Origin: Escherichia phage vB_EcoM-fFiEco06
Reading direction: 5' to 3' (one strand)
Length of the DNA: 64,000 bases
Sequence record: NC_054914.1
The position numbers and the translations under genes are program-made. How positions within the stretch are numbered: the stretch's first letter is position 1; each line of letters opens with the position of its first letter. This document shows, in pieces, positions 37,470-47,449 of the stretch. Under the pieces are notes generated by a model that worked only from the letters and a program-made list of their open reading frames with translations, did not search any database and was not told the origin of the DNA.

Positions 37470-38279
37470 ATGCTTAAAGAACAACTGATTGCCGAAGCGC
37501 AGAAAATTGATGCTTCCGTTGCTCTTGATAGTATTTTCGAATCAGTTAATATTTCTCCGGAAGCAAAAGAAACTTTCGGCACTGTATTCGAAGCTACCGT
37601 CAAGCAGCACGCCGTTAAATTAGCTGAATCTCATATCGCTAAAATTGCTGAAAAAGCAGAAGAAGAAGTAGAAAAAAATAAAGAAGAAGCAGAAGAAAAA
37701 GCTGAGAAGAAAATCGCTGAGCAAGCTTCTAAATTCCTTGACCATCTTGCAAAAGAATGGCTCACTGAAAATAAATTAGCAGTAGATAAAGGTATCAAAG
37801 CCGAACTGTTTGAATCCATGCTTGGTGGATTGAAAGAGCTCTTCGTTGAACACAACGTTGTTGTTCCAGAAGAATCAGTTGATGTTGTAGCTGAAATGGA
37901 AGAAGAACTGCAAGAACATAAAGAAGAATCAGCTCGTCTGTTCGAAGAACTCAATAAGCGTGACGCATATATCAATTATGTGCAGCGTGAAGTGGCATTG
38001 AGCGAAAGTACTAAAGATCTGACTGAGTCTCAAAAAGAAAAAGTCTCTGCTCTGGTCGAAGGTATGGATTATTCAGATGCATTCTCAAGTAAATTGAGTG
38101 CAATCGTAGAAATGGTGAAGAAATCTAATAAAGATGAAAGCACTATTACTGAGAGTATAAATACTCCTGATACTGAAGCAGCCGGACTGAATTTCGTCAC
38201 TGAAGCTGTAGAAGATAAATCTGCACAAGGTGCAGAAGATATTGTAAGTGTATATGCGAAAGTCGCATCTCGTTTCTAA
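37470..38279 (+). CDS. 22: gp22 prohead core scaffold protein
   Basis: 269 aa, highly charged helical (KAEEEVEKNKEEAEEKAEKK). Confidence 0.9.
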   Translation: MLKEQLIAEAQKIDASVALDSIFESVNISPEAKETFGTVFEATVKQHAVKLAESHIAKIAEKAEEEVEKNKEEAEEKAEKKIAEQASKFLDHLAKEWLTENKLAVDKGIKAELFESMLGGLKELFVEHNVVVPEESVDVVAEMEEELQEHKEESARLFEELNKRDAYINYVQREVALSESTKDLTESQKEKVSALVEGMDYSDAFSSKLSAIVEMVKKSNKDESTITESINTPDTEAAGLNFVTEAVEDKSAQGAEDIVSVYAKVASRF

Positions 38280-38297
38280 TTTTAAAGGTTAACACAA

Positions 38298-39863
38298 ATG
38301 ACTATCAAAACTAAAGCTGAACTTTTGAACAAATGGAAGCCATTACTGGAAGGTGAAGGTTTACCGGAAATTGCTAATAGCAAACAAGCGATTATCGCTA
38401 AAATCTTTGAAAACCAGGAAAAAGATTTCCAGACAGCTCCGGAATATAAAGACGAAAAAATTGCTCAGGCATTCGGTTCTTTCTTAACAGAAGCTGAAAT
38501 CGGTGGTGACCACGGTTACAATGCTACCAACATCGCTGCAGGTCAGACTTCTGGAGCAGTAACTCAGATTGGCCCAGCTGTTATGGGTATGGTACGTCGT
38601 GCTATTCCTAACCTGATTGCTTTCGATATTTGTGGTGTTCAGCCAATGAACAGCCCGACTGGCCAGGTATTCGCACTGCGCGCAGTATATGGTAAAGACC
38701 CAATCGCTTCCGGTGCTAAAGAAGCATTCCACCCAATGTATGGTCCAGATGCAATGTTCTCTGGTCAGGGTGCTGCTAAGAAATTCGCTGCTTTGAAAGC
38801 AAGTGATACTCTTGAAGTCGGAACTATTTACACTCACTTCTTCCAGGAAACTGGTACAGTATATCTGCAAGCTACAGCAGCTAAACAAATTGATTCAGGC
38901 GCATCTGACGCAGACAAATTAGATGCTGAAATTAAGAAACAAATGGAAGCTGGTGTACTGGTAGAAATCGCTGAAGGTATGGCTACTTCTATCGCTGAAC
39001 TTCAAGAAGGTTTTAACGGTTCTACCGATAACCCGTGGAATGAAATGGGCTTCCGTATCGATAAACAAGTTATCGAAGCTAAATCTCGTCAGCTGAAAGC
39101 TGCTTACTCTATTGAATTAGCACAAGACCTCCGCGCTGTTCACGGTATGGATGCTGATGCTGAACTGTCTGGTATTCTGGCTACAGAAATTATGCTGGAA
39201 ATCAACCGTGAAGTTGTTGATTGGATTAACTACTCCGCTCAGGTTGGTAAATCTGGTATGACCCTGACTCCGGGTTCTAAAGCTGGTGTATTTGACTTCC
39301 AGGACCCAATCGATATTCGTGGTGCTCGCTGGGCAGGTGAATCCTTTAAAGCTCTGTTGTTCCAGATTGACAAAGAAGCAGTTGAAATTGCTCGTCAGAC
39401 TGGTCGCGGCGAAGGTAACTTCATTATCGCTTCCCGTAACGTAGTTAACGTTCTGGCTTCAGTTGATACCGGCATTTCTTATGCTGCACAAGGTCTGGCT
39501 ACTGGCTTTAACACTGATACTACCAAGTCAGTATTTGCTGGTGTTCTGGGTGGTAAATACCGTGTATATATCGACCAGTATGCTAAACAGGATTATTTCA
39601 CCGTAGGTTATAAAGGTCCGAACGAAATGGATGCTGGTATTTACTATGCTCCATATGTAGCTCTGACTCCGCTGCGTGGTTCTGATCCGAAGAACTTCCA
39701 ACCGGTAATGGGATTCAAAACTCGTTACGGTATCGGTATCAACCCATTTGCAGAATCCGCTGCTCAGGCTCCGGCTTCTCGCATCCAGAGCGGTATGCCT
39801 TCTATTCTGAATAGCCTTGGTAAAAACGCTTACTTTAGACGTGTATATGTTAAAGGTATCTAA
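38298..39863 (+). CDS. 23: gp23 major capsid protein
   Basis: 521 aa; AEIGGDHGYNATNIAAGQTSGAVTQIGPAVMGMVRRAIPNLIAFDICGVQPM. Confidence 0.97.
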   Translation: MTIKTKAELLNKWKPLLEGEGLPEIANSKQAIIAKIFENQEKDFQTAPEYKDEKIAQAFGSFLTEAEIGGDHGYNATNIAAGQTSGAVTQIGPAVMGMVRRAIPNLIAFDICGVQPMNSPTGQVFALRAVYGKDPIASGAKEAFHPMYGPDAMFSGQGAAKKFAALKASDTLEVGTIYTHFFQETGTVYLQATAAKQIDSGASDADKLDAEIKKQMEAGVLVEIAEGMATSIAELQEGFNGSTDNPWNEMGFRIDKQVIEAKSRQLKAAYSIELAQDLRAVHGMDADAELSGILATEIMLEINREVVDWINYSAQVGKSGMTLTPGSKAGVFDFQDPIDIRGARWAGESFKALLFQIDKEAVEIARQTGRGEGNFIIASRNVVNVLASVDTGISYAAQGLATGFNTDTTKSVFAGVLGGKYRVYIDQYAKQDYFTVGYKGPNEMDAGIYYAPYVALTPLRGSDPKNFQPVMGFKTRYGIGINPFAESAAQAPASRIQSGMPSILNSLGKNAYFRRVYVKGI

Positions 39864-39878
39864 TCTTTGACGATTTAA

Positions 39879-39906
39879 GGGACCTTCGGGTCCCTTTAGT
39901 TGTTTT
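39879..39906 (+). terminator. rho-independent terminator after gene 23
   Basis: GGGACC-UUCG-GGUCCC followed by T-rich run. Confidence 0.65.
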
Positions 39907-39911
39907 TATGG

Positions 39912-39919
39912 TATAAATA
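39912..39919 (+). promoter_or_regulatory. late promoter TATAAATA for gene 24
   Basis: Exact motif 28 nt upstream of ATG 39947. Confidence 0.55.
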
Positions 39920-39946
39920 AATCATATAAACCAAAAGGAAAGCGCA

Positions 39947-41230
39947 ATGGCTAAAATCAACGAACTTCTGCGCGAATCAACCACAACGAATAGCAACTCA
40001 ATCGGTCGCCCAAATCTCGTTGCTTTGACTCGCGCTACCACTAAATTAATATATTCTGACATTGTAGCAACGCAAAGAACTAATCAACCTGTTGCTGCTT
40101 TTTATGGTATCAAATACCTTAACCCGGATAACGAATTTACATTTAAAACTGGTGCTACTTACGCTGGCGAAGCTGGGTATGTAGACCGAGAACAAATCAC
40201 AGAATTAACAGAAGAGTCTAAATTAACTCTCAATAAAGGCGATTTATTCAAATATAATAATATCGTTTATAAAGTATTAGAAGATACACCATTTGCTGAT
40301 ATTGAAGAAAGCGATTTAGAATTAGCTCTTCAGATTGCAATCGTTCTTTTAAAGGTTCGTCTATTTTCTGATGCTGCAGTAACAAGCAAATTTGAAAACT
40401 CTGATAGCGAAATTGCGGATGCTAGATTCCAGATTAATAAATGGCAAACCGCAGTTAAATCTCGTAAACTTAAAACTGGTATCACAGTTGAATTAGCACA
40501 AGATTTAGAAGCAAATGGATTCGATGCTCCTAATTTCTTGGAAGATTTGCTTGCAACTGAAATGGCAGATGAAATCAATAAAGATATTCTGCAGTCTTTG
40601 ATTACAGTGTCAAAACGCTATAAAGTTACAGGAATTACTGATACTGGATTCATTGATTTGAGTTATGCATCTGCACCTGAAGCTGGTCGTTCATTATACC
40701 GAATGGTGTGTGAAATGGTTTCACATATCCAGAAAGAATCAACTTATACAGCAACGTTCTGTGTTGCTTCAGCTCGTGCCGCTGCGATTCTTGCTGCATC
40801 AGGTTGGTTAAAACATAAACCAGAAGATGACAAATATCTTTCACAAAATGCCTACGGGTTCTTAGCTAATGGTTTACCGCTTTATTGCGATACCAACAGT
40901 CCATTAGATTATGTAATCGTTGGCGTAGTAGAAAATATTGGTGAAAAAGAAATTGTTGGATCAATTTTCTATGCTCCGTATACAGAAGGTCTTGACTTAG
41001 ATGACCCTGAACATGTAGGTGCATTTAAAGTTGTAGTTGATCCAGAAAGTTTGCAGCCATCTATCGGTTTATTAGTTAGATATGCTTTATCTGCAAATCC
41101 TTACACTGTAGCAAAAGATGAAAAAGAAGCAAGAGTAATTGATGGTGGAGATATGGATAAAATGGCGGGTCGTTCAGATTTGTCTGTTTTATTAGGTGTT
41201 AAGCTACCAAAAATTATCATTGATGAATAA
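39947..41230 (+). CDS. 24: gp24 capsid vertex protein
   Basis: 427 aa as T4 gp24; HK97-like fold, paralog of gp23. Confidence 0.9.
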   Translation: MAKINELLRESTTTNSNSIGRPNLVALTRATTKLIYSDIVATQRTNQPVAAFYGIKYLNPDNEFTFKTGATYAGEAGYVDREQITELTEESKLTLNKGDLFKYNNIVYKVLEDTPFADIEESDLELALQIAIVLLKVRLFSDAAVTSKFENSDSEIADARFQINKWQTAVKSRKLKTGITVELAQDLEANGFDAPNFLEDLLATEMADEINKDILQSLITVSKRYKVTGITDTGFIDLSYASAPEAGRSLYRMVCEMVSHIQKESTYTATFCVASARAAAILAASGWLKHKPEDDKYLSQNAYGFLANGLPLYCDTNSPLDYVIVGVVENIGEKEIVGSIFYAPYTEGLDLDDPEHVGAFKVVVDPESLQPSIGLLVRYALSANPYTVAKDEKEARVIDGGDMDKMAGRSDLSVLLGVKLPKIIIDE

Positions 41231-41233
41231 AAC

Positions 41234-41258
41234 AAAGGGACCGAAAGGTCCCTTTTTA
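41234..41258. terminator. bidirectional terminator between gene 24 (+) and rnlB (-)
   Basis: AAA-GGGACC-GAAA-GGTCCC-TTTTT, symmetric A/T runs. Confidence 0.65.
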
Positions 41259-41259
41259 T

Positions 41260-42264
41260 TTAACTTACCAATTCAATCCAAGCCGGACGAAGTACATCTT
41301 GTACCATTTTAACTAATTCCTTCTTAATCAAAGAAGGATTATCCGCTTGAGTTAGAGTAATACCTTCACGAGAAGTTTCTTCCAAAATATCTTGAACAGT
41401 TAGCCCCATCACCTTTCCAAAATCTTTTGGACCAATTTCACCAATTTTAGAAATAACGTTATTTACTCGGTTCAGTGTAACGTAACAAGCTAAAATTCCA
41501 ACCAATTTGTTATCAGCTTCTGACAGTTCAACTTTAGCTTTAATAGGCTTATCAGACTTTTTCTTTTCACTAAATTTAGAGTTCTTGCATTTGATAGCTA
41601 CGCGATTGCCATTAGGCATCCAAGAAGGATAACAAGGTTTCAATACATATCCTTCAGCGGTAAATACTTCGCCTTTTACTTCAGCATTCCAAACGCATTT
41701 ATTTGCATCAACTAATCCAGCATGGTCTACCGTAAAATTATAATCCTGGACGACAGAATCTAAATCATTTGGCAATTTAATAAGTTCTTCAAATTTACCG
41801 CGACCTAAAAGTGGAGCCATTTTAAATTTAAATGTATTGCAGAATGATTCCATCATATAATCATCGACATAAGTCACATCACCACTTTCTGTAGTAACAA
41901 TAATGTCAAATACATAAAAATCTTTATCGCCATAATCGACATTCTTCTGAATGCCAGATCCAGCGAATTCGCCAAAAACTTGATAAGATACAACCGCTGA
42001 AGTTTCCATAATATCTTGTACTGCTTTAATGGAATCAGAGTAATTCTTCAAAATAATTTCATACCCAAAGAAATCTTCAGCAGGAAGAATAGGACCAGTG
42101 CGTTTAGCGCAAGTTACTTTATCACGCTCAATAATCAATGAGAAATTTGTGCCGTGAATCTTTTCACGAGCTACCCACTCCCCACCAGTCAATCCCAAGC
42201 TATAAAGTTTTTCAATAAATTTAGAGTTGTAATGATTTTCAAGACTGCTATACTTTTTAAACAT
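41260..42264 (-). CDS. rnlB: RNA ligase 2 (RnlB)
   Basis: 334 aa; nucleotidyltransferase motif I EKIHGTN; T4 Rnl2 length. Confidence 0.9.
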   Translation of the reverse strand: MFKKYSSLENHYNSKFIEKLYSLGLTGGEWVAREKIHGTNFSLIIERDKVTCAKRTGPILPAEDFFGYEIILKNYSDSIKAVQDIMETSAVVSYQVFGEFAGSGIQKNVDYGDKDFYVFDIIVTTESGDVTYVDDYMMESFCNTFKFKMAPLLGRGKFEELIKLPNDLDSVVQDYNFTVDHAGLVDANKCVWNAEVKGEVFTAEGYVLKPCYPSWMPNGNRVAIKCKNSKFSEKKKSDKPIKAKVELSEADNKLVGILACYVTLNRVNNVISKIGEIGPKDFGKVMGLTVQDILEETSREGITLTQADNPSLIKKELVKMVQDVLRPAWIELVS

Positions 42265-42273
42265 AATTAATCC

Positions 42274-42552
42274 TCAAAATGTAATTTCTAACCAATCACC
42301 ATCACGCTGATCACTATTGACTTTAAAGCTAAATCCTTCTTTTCTCAGCCAATCACCAATTTCTTCAGTAATCAATTTATCGCGAGCAGTACAATAATAA
42401 CTAAAATATGTTTTACCTTGTTCAGCTGCTTTATTAGCAAGTTCCGAAAAATCTTTAATAAAACACTCTAGCTTAAACTGTTTACTTTTAAGTGCTTTTT
42501 CGCGTAATCGATTAGCAAAAGATTCATTTTCATAAAGATCATACTGTTCCAT
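42274..42552 (-). CDS. hypothetical protein (24.2-like position)
   Basis: 92 aa ORF, ATG start. Confidence 0.5.
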   Translation of the reverse strand: MEQYDLYENESFANRLREKALKSKQFKLECFIKDFSELANKAAEQGKTYFSYYCTARDKLITEEIGDWLRKEGFSFKVNSDQRDGDWLEITF

Positions 42553-42754
42553 TTTTCACCTTTTTATTGATATGTCTTTTTCTATAGACAACTTTTTCTC
42601 GAGTTTCAAATTTATTCTTAGCAGTCATAGCTCGAGCCCATAATACAGCCACTTCTTTCGCCTGTAAGTTTAATTCACGAGCAATTTCAATGAATGACTT
42701 TCCAGACTCATGAAGAGTAAACACCACAACCTCAGTTCTCATAATCAATCTCAT
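42539..42754 (-). CDS. small putative helix-turn-helix protein (24.3-like position)
   Basis: 71 aa; SGKSFIEIARELNLQAKEVAVLWARA resembles an HTH. Confidence 0.5.
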   Translation of the reverse strand: MRLIMRTEVVVFTLHESGKSFIEIARELNLQAKEVAVLWARAMTAKNKFETREKVVYRKRHINKKVKNGTV

Positions 42755-42823
42755 GTTATCGAGTTGATGCCATTATATACATCATTTTCTGAGTATGTTT
42801 TGTGTGCTTTCAAAATGAAGAAA

Positions 42824-42837
42824 GGGGCCGAAGCCCC
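42824..42837 (-). terminator. terminator hairpin after hoc (minus RNA GGGGC-UUCG-GCCCC then UUUCUUCAUUUUG)
   Basis: Perfect hairpin plus U-rich tail on the minus strand. Confidence 0.55.
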
Positions 42838-42855
42838 TTATGATTATGATTATGA
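42838..42855. repeat. hexanucleotide tandem repeat (TTATGA)x3 abutting hoc stop codon
   Basis: ttatgattatgattatga read directly; a fourth degenerate unit TTATGG contributes the hoc stop. Confidence 0.7.
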
Positions 42856-43986
42856 TTATGGATAGGTATAGATGATACCAGTTTCTAAAGCAGTTTTATG
42901 AATGATGTATCCATTGCGTGATTCTTGAACATCAACTTCTGGATAGTCTTTCATCATCTTCTGAAGAGTGTAACGATGCAGGTAGTATTTACTGTCTGGA
43001 TCTTCAGTTTTCCAATCTTTACCTTCTTCGGTCATTTTTTGGATTTCATCCATAACCCACCAACCGCACCAGATATAAGCTGAAGTACGATGTGGAAGAG
43101 GATGAACATAAGGCAATTCACCTTCTGGTTCTGGAGCAACTTTATCAGTTACCTGAACTTGACCTTCTGCTGTAATAGTTTTGCTATCGTAATCAGTTGC
43201 AGTAACGACAGCAGTAACTTCAATAGTTTGACTTCCAACAGATGAGGTATCGACAGTATATACGTTAGTTGACCCTTCTACAGGAGAAGAATCTTTCTTC
43301 CATGAGTAAGTAATTTGTGCTTCTTCTGGAGCACCCGTAACATTAGCCGTAAATGTAGCCGAAGCATCTTGCTGAACGTTAATAGAAGGAGGAGTCAATG
43401 TAACCTGTAGATTCATTGTTTTCTTATTAACAGTCAATGATACTTCATTAGAAGTAACTTCCTTTTCATTGTAATTTTCTGCAGTTACTTGCGCTACACA
43501 CTTAACTGTTTTAGCTCCAACTGTGGTAGGAGTATAGTTAAATGTAGTAGTAGTTTCTCCATCGACCAGAGAACCGTCAACATACCACTGATACGTAGCA
43601 GACGCTCCTGGTGGCTGTGAATCCAAGGCAGCAGTAAATTGAACTGGGGTTCCAATTACTCCGGCAGCAGGATTAGCAGGAGTTACGGCTAAGGTGGTCG
43701 TTTGTGTCTTATTTTGAACTGTGATAGTTGTAGTAGCTTCTGCTGTTTCAGCATCAGTATCTGGAACTGTATTTGTTGCAACTACTTTAATAGTCTTTTG
43801 TCCAGCAGGTCCTTTTAATACATAATCAAAAGTTGCTTCAGCTCCATCTTGTGGAGCATCATCTACAGTCCAAGCATATGTAATAGTTCCGCCTCCAGTT
43901 TCACCACTGGGTGTAGCAGTAAACTGCTTAGTTTCATCAATAACCCCTGTCGGTGTTTTAGGAGTTATATCAACTGTAAAAGTCAT
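42856..43986 (-). CDS. hoc: Hoc highly immunogenic outer capsid protein
   Basis: 376 aa as T4 Hoc; repeated Ig-like segments rich in T/V/Y. Confidence 0.9.
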   Translation of the reverse strand: MTFTVDITPKTPTGVIDETKQFTATPSGETGGGTITYAWTVDDAPQDGAEATFDYVLKGPAGQKTIKVVATNTVPDTDAETAEATTTITVQNKTQTTTLAVTPANPAAGVIGTPVQFTAALDSQPPGASATYQWYVDGSLVDGETTTTFNYTPTTVGAKTVKCVAQVTAENYNEKEVTSNEVSLTVNKKTMNLQVTLTPPSINVQQDASATFTANVTGAPEEAQITYSWKKDSSPVEGSTNVYTVDTSSVGSQTIEVTAVVTATDYDSKTITAEGQVQVTDKVAPEPEGELPYVHPLPHRTSAYIWCGWWVMDEIQKMTEEGKDWKTEDPDSKYYLHRYTLQKMMKDYPEVDVQESRNGYIIHKTALETGIIYTYP

Positions 43987-43995
43987 AAGTTATCC

Positions 43996-44676
43996 TTATT
44001 TTAATGTTACGAAAGAAGAGTTGCGTGTTTCACGAATTAAAACTGATCCGTCACGGTTAATGTAATAAATTAAGCTAAATAAAGTTTGGTGTGCTGACGC
44101 ATGTTCAAAACTAGTTGGGTGAGATTTCCAATCAGGAGTTTCAGCAATCCATTGATAAATCCACCAAGGAACAGTACAGAATCCTGGATTTTTTCCAATC
44201 AACTGAAGATTCGGGCTAAAGTTTTCCGGAAGAGTAAATACAGACGGCTTTTCAGATTCAATAATCTCAGCTACAGCCTGTTCAAATTTTTCTTCAACAA
44301 ATGGAGTATCTTCAATCAAAACATCGGTATTTTCAGGAATTTTATCTGTTTCTACTACTTCAATTTTAATGTCAGATTTAACCGGAGAATCAATCAAAAG
44401 TGCTGCTTCTGGATTGACTTCTTCATCGTCATATTTTAACCCCTCTGCAGCATCAGCAGCATCAATTAAGTCTTTAATAGATAACCCATCAGTCTCCGGC
44501 ATAGGTTCACTAGCGAGCTTCTGGAGGGCTTCTTCAATATCAACAACGATATTATCAAAAGATTTATTCTTTTTGACCTTTATACCAAACTGTTCAGCAT
44601 ATTCAGCTAATTTAGCTTTAGCTTCTTTGTTATCATCAAGAGCCTTCAGCTCTGCAATATAATCTTTATCTATCAT
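43996..44676 (-). CDS. inh: Inh inhibitor of prohead protease
   Basis: 226 aa as T4 Inh; position between hoc and uvsW. Confidence 0.8.
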   Translation of the reverse strand: MIDKDYIAELKALDDNKEAKAKLAEYAEQFGIKVKKNKSFDNIVVDIEEALQKLASEPMPETDGLSIKDLIDAADAAEGLKYDDEEVNPEAALLIDSPVKSDIKIEVVETDKIPENTDVLIEDTPFVEEKFEQAVAEIIESEKPSVFTLPENFSPNLQLIGKNPGFCTVPWWIYQWIAETPDWKSHPTSFEHASAHQTLFSLIYYINRDGSVLIRETRNSSFVTLK

Positions 44677-44689
44677 AATATTTCCTCAG

Positions 44690-44697
44690 TATAAATA
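44690..44697 (+). promoter_or_regulatory. TATAAATA late promoter motif upstream of uvsW
   Basis: Exact motif 29 nt upstream of ATG 44727. Confidence 0.4.
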
Positions 44698-44726
44698 TAG
44701 ATATATTTATTACATGGTATTTAGAC

Positions 44727-46238
44727 ATGACTGACATTAAAGTACATTTTTATGATTTTAGTCACGTGAGAATTGATTGTGAAGAAAGTACATTTCATGA
44801 ACTCCGTGATTTCTTTAGCTTTGAAGCTGATGGGTATCGTTTTAATCCGAAGTACAAATATGGCCACTGGGATGGACGAATTCGTCTTTTAGATTATAAT
44901 CGCCTTCTTCCATTCGGTTTAGTCGGGCAAATTAAAAAGTTCTGCGATAACTTTGGCTATAAAGCCTGGATTGACCCACAGATTAACGAAAAAGAAGAAT
45001 TATCAAGAAAAGATTTTGATGAATGGCTTTCTAAATTAGAAATCTATTCAGGAAATAAAAGAATTGAACCGCATTGGTATCAAAAAGATGCAGTGTTCGA
45101 AGGATTAGTTAATCGTCGTAGAATTCTTAATCTTCCAACATCCGCAGGTAAATCTTTAATTCAAGCTTTGCTTGCTCGGTATTATTTGGAAAATTATGAA
45201 GGCAAAATTCTTATTATTGTTCCAACAACTGCTCTGACAACTCAGATGGCTGATGACTTTGTTGACTATCGTTTATTCAGTCATGCAATGATAAAGAAAA
45301 TCGGTGGTGGAGCATCAAAAGATGATAAATATAAAAATGATGCACCGGTCGTTGTTGGTACATGGCAAACTGTAGTAAAACAACCGAAAGAATGGTTCTC
45401 ACAGTTTGGAATGATGATGAATGATGAATGTCATCTTGCTACAGGAAAAAGTATTTCATCTATCATATCAGGTTTAAATAACTGCATGTTCAAATTCGGT
45501 TTGTCTGGTTCATTACGTGATGGCAAAGCCAATATCATGCAGTATGTTGGAATGTTCGGTGAAATATTTAAGCCAGTAACGACTTCTAAGTTAATGGAAG
45601 ATGGACAAGTAACTGAGCTAAAAATTAATAGTATTTTTCTTCGCTATCCCGATGAGTTCACTACTAAATTAAAGGGAAAAACTTATCAAGAAGAAATAAA
45701 AATTATTACGGGGCTTAGTAAAAGAAATAAATGGATCGCTAAATTGGCTATTAAGCTTGCACAAAAAGATGAAAACGCTTTTGTCATGTTTAAACATGTA
45801 TCGCATGGTAAAGCTATTTTCGATTTAATTAAAAATGAATACGATAAAGTTTATTACGTATCAGGGGAAGTTGATACCGAAACCCGCAATATAATGAAAA
45901 CCTTAGCTGAAAATGGTAAAGGAATAATTATAGTAGCTAGTTATGGTGTATTTTCTACTGGTATTTCAGTTAAAAATCTGCATCACGTTGTTTTAGCGCA
46001 CGGTGTTAAATCAAAAATCATTGTATTACAAACAATCGGTCGTGTATTACGTAAGCATGGTTCTAAGACAATAGCAACCGTCTGGGACCTCATAGATGAT
46101 TGTGGCGTTAAGCCAAAATCTGCTAATACGAAAAAGAAATACGTTCATTTGAACTATCTTTTAAAACACGGCATTGATCGTATTCAGCGCTACGCAGATG
46201 AAAAATTTAATTACGTAATGAAAACAGTTAATTTATAA
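44727..46238 (+). CDS. uvsW: UvsW DNA/RNA helicase (SF2)
   Basis: 503 aa; Walker A LPTSAGKS, DEAH-like MMNDECH. Confidence 0.92.
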   Translation: MTDIKVHFYDFSHVRIDCEESTFHELRDFFSFEADGYRFNPKYKYGHWDGRIRLLDYNRLLPFGLVGQIKKFCDNFGYKAWIDPQINEKEELSRKDFDEWLSKLEIYSGNKRIEPHWYQKDAVFEGLVNRRRILNLPTSAGKSLIQALLARYYLENYEGKILIIVPTTALTTQMADDFVDYRLFSHAMIKKIGGGASKDDKYKNDAPVVVGTWQTVVKQPKEWFSQFGMMMNDECHLATGKSISSIISGLNNCMFKFGLSGSLRDGKANIMQYVGMFGEIFKPVTTSKLMEDGQVTELKINSIFLRYPDEFTTKLKGKTYQEEIKIITGLSKRNKWIAKLAIKLAQKDENAFVMFKHVSHGKAIFDLIKNEYDKVYYVSGEVDTETRNIMKTLAENGKGIIIVASYGVFSTGISVKNLHHVVLAHGVKSKIIVLQTIGRVLRKHGSKTIATVWDLIDDCGVKPKSANTKKKYVHLNYLLKHGIDRIQRYADEKFNYVMKTVNL

Positions 46239-46253
46239 GGGCTTCGGCCCTTT
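46239..46253 (+). terminator. stem-loop GGGC-UUCG-GCCC after uvsW
   Basis: Hairpin plus TTT; overlaps RBS of uvsW.1. Confidence 0.45.
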
Positions 46254-46263
46254 GGAGAAAAAG

Positions 46264-46494
46264 ATGTTACTAGAATTTAAACAATTTCTTTATGAAGCTT
46301 CTATTGATGAATTTATGGGTAAAATTGCCTCTTGTCAAACATTAGAAGGTTTAGAAGAACTTGAAGCTTATTATAAGAAAAGAGTTAAAGAAACTGAATT
46401 AAAAGATACTGATGACATCTCAGTCAGAGATGCTTTGGCAGGAAAAAGAGCTGAATTAGAAGATTCAGACGATGAAGTAGAAGAAAGCTTTTAA
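46264..46494 (+). CDS. uvsW.1: UvsW.1
   Basis: Track TTG start 46252; ATG 46264 with GGAGAAAAAG SD gives 76 aa, the T4 UvsW.1 length. Confidence 0.8.
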   Translation: MLLEFKQFLYEASIDEFMGKIASCQTLEGLEELEAYYKKRVKETELKDTDDISVRDALAGKRAELEDSDDEVEESF

Positions 46495-46549
46495 ATTAAA
46501 AAAGGCCCAACCAAAAAGGAAGGGCCAAAACTATAGACTAAAGGTCACA

Positions 46550-46717
46550 CTATAGCAAAAGTTGCGTTTCATTTAATTGTTCTTCCGAACTTTCTGAAAC
46601 TGGTAGTTCTTTAATGTAATTATAGCAAGGCCCAGGATGTACAGGACCTTTGTCTGTTTCAACAACCAATGCAGAATCGATTGGAGTTTTACAGACAACA
46701 CAAATCTTATCTGACAT
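46550..46717 (-). CDS. small Cys-containing hypothetical protein (55 aa; uvsY.-2-like position), absent from ORF track
   Basis: ATG 46715-46717 with GGAGACAA SD and TATAAATA motif (46743-46750, minus) upstream; MSDKICVVCKTPIDSALVVETDKGPVHPGPCYNY... Confidence 0.45.
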   Translation of the reverse strand: MSDKICVVCKTPIDSALVVETDKGPVHPGPCYNYIKELPVSESSEEQLNETQLLL

Positions 46718-46745
46718 GATTGTCTCCTCTGAATTATATATCTAT

Positions 46746-46970
46746 TTATACAACTCTCATATGCATATCAATGCCCATATCTTTAGAATAAAAATATTCA
46801 TCAAGATATCCGGCAAATTTTCCTTTAATATAAAGAACATCTTCACCGCACGGGTGGTCGGCCAGGATACGAATATCCTGACGCTTGAGATTATACTTTT
46901 TCATTAAGAATTGAATTTCCGTTTCGAATTCTTCTTCATAATTAAAAGCATCATCAATGCTATATCTCAT
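46746..46970 (-). CDS. hypothetical protein (uvsY.-1-like position)
   Basis: 74 aa ORF; start overlaps uvsY stop. Confidence 0.55.
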   Translation of the reverse strand: MRYSIDDAFNYEEEFETEIQFLMKKYNLKRQDIRILADHPCGEDVLYIKGKFAGYLDEYFYSKDMGIDMHMRVV

Positions 46971-47383
46971 TATTTTCCAGCCTCAAATGCTCGCATGTCT
47001 TGAATATGCTTAATAGCAAATCCACGTGATTTAATAGCATCAAGAGCTCCGCTACAGAAATCTAATAAAATCCCCCAATACTGTAACGAGGTATCAACCT
47101 TTAAAACATCCTTATCAGCTGATAGAACTGTCTTCATTTCTGATTTCTCGTAACGATCCATACTAAATTCATCACCATCTCCTCGTCCCGAGTAGTAGTC
47201 TAATTTAGCTTTAAGAGCAACTTTTTTCTGTGCATCAATTCTAAGCATTTCCTTTTTAATACTTGAATGCTTATTAAGCCATTTACTATATAACATCACA
47301 TTATTAGCTGCTTCATACTGTAATTTAGTCGAATCTATAAATACATCTTTCTTCAATTCTTCTTGAAGATCTTCTAATCTCAT
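46970..47383 (-). CDS. uvsY: UvsY recombination mediator protein
   Basis: 137 aa as T4 UvsY; MRLEDLQEELKKDVFIDSTKLQYEAANNVMLY. Confidence 0.9.
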   Translation of the reverse strand: MRLEDLQEELKKDVFIDSTKLQYEAANNVMLYSKWLNKHSSIKKEMLRIDAQKKVALKAKLDYYSGRGDGDEFSMDRYEKSEMKTVLSADKDVLKVDTSLQYWGILLDFCSGALDAIKSRGFAIKHIQDMRAFEAGK

Positions 47384-47449
47384 ATTGTTCTCTATTCAAT
47401 TGTTATTGGATGGACTTAGATTCATTATACCACGTTTATACGTGAAGCA

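Noticed and set aside
42838-42855. Short tandem repeat considered as a possible CRISPR-like or packaging repeat
   Set aside because: Only 3-4 contiguous 6-nt units with no spacers; simple microsatellite. No CRISPR array, rRNA, integrase or transposase was found anywhere in the window
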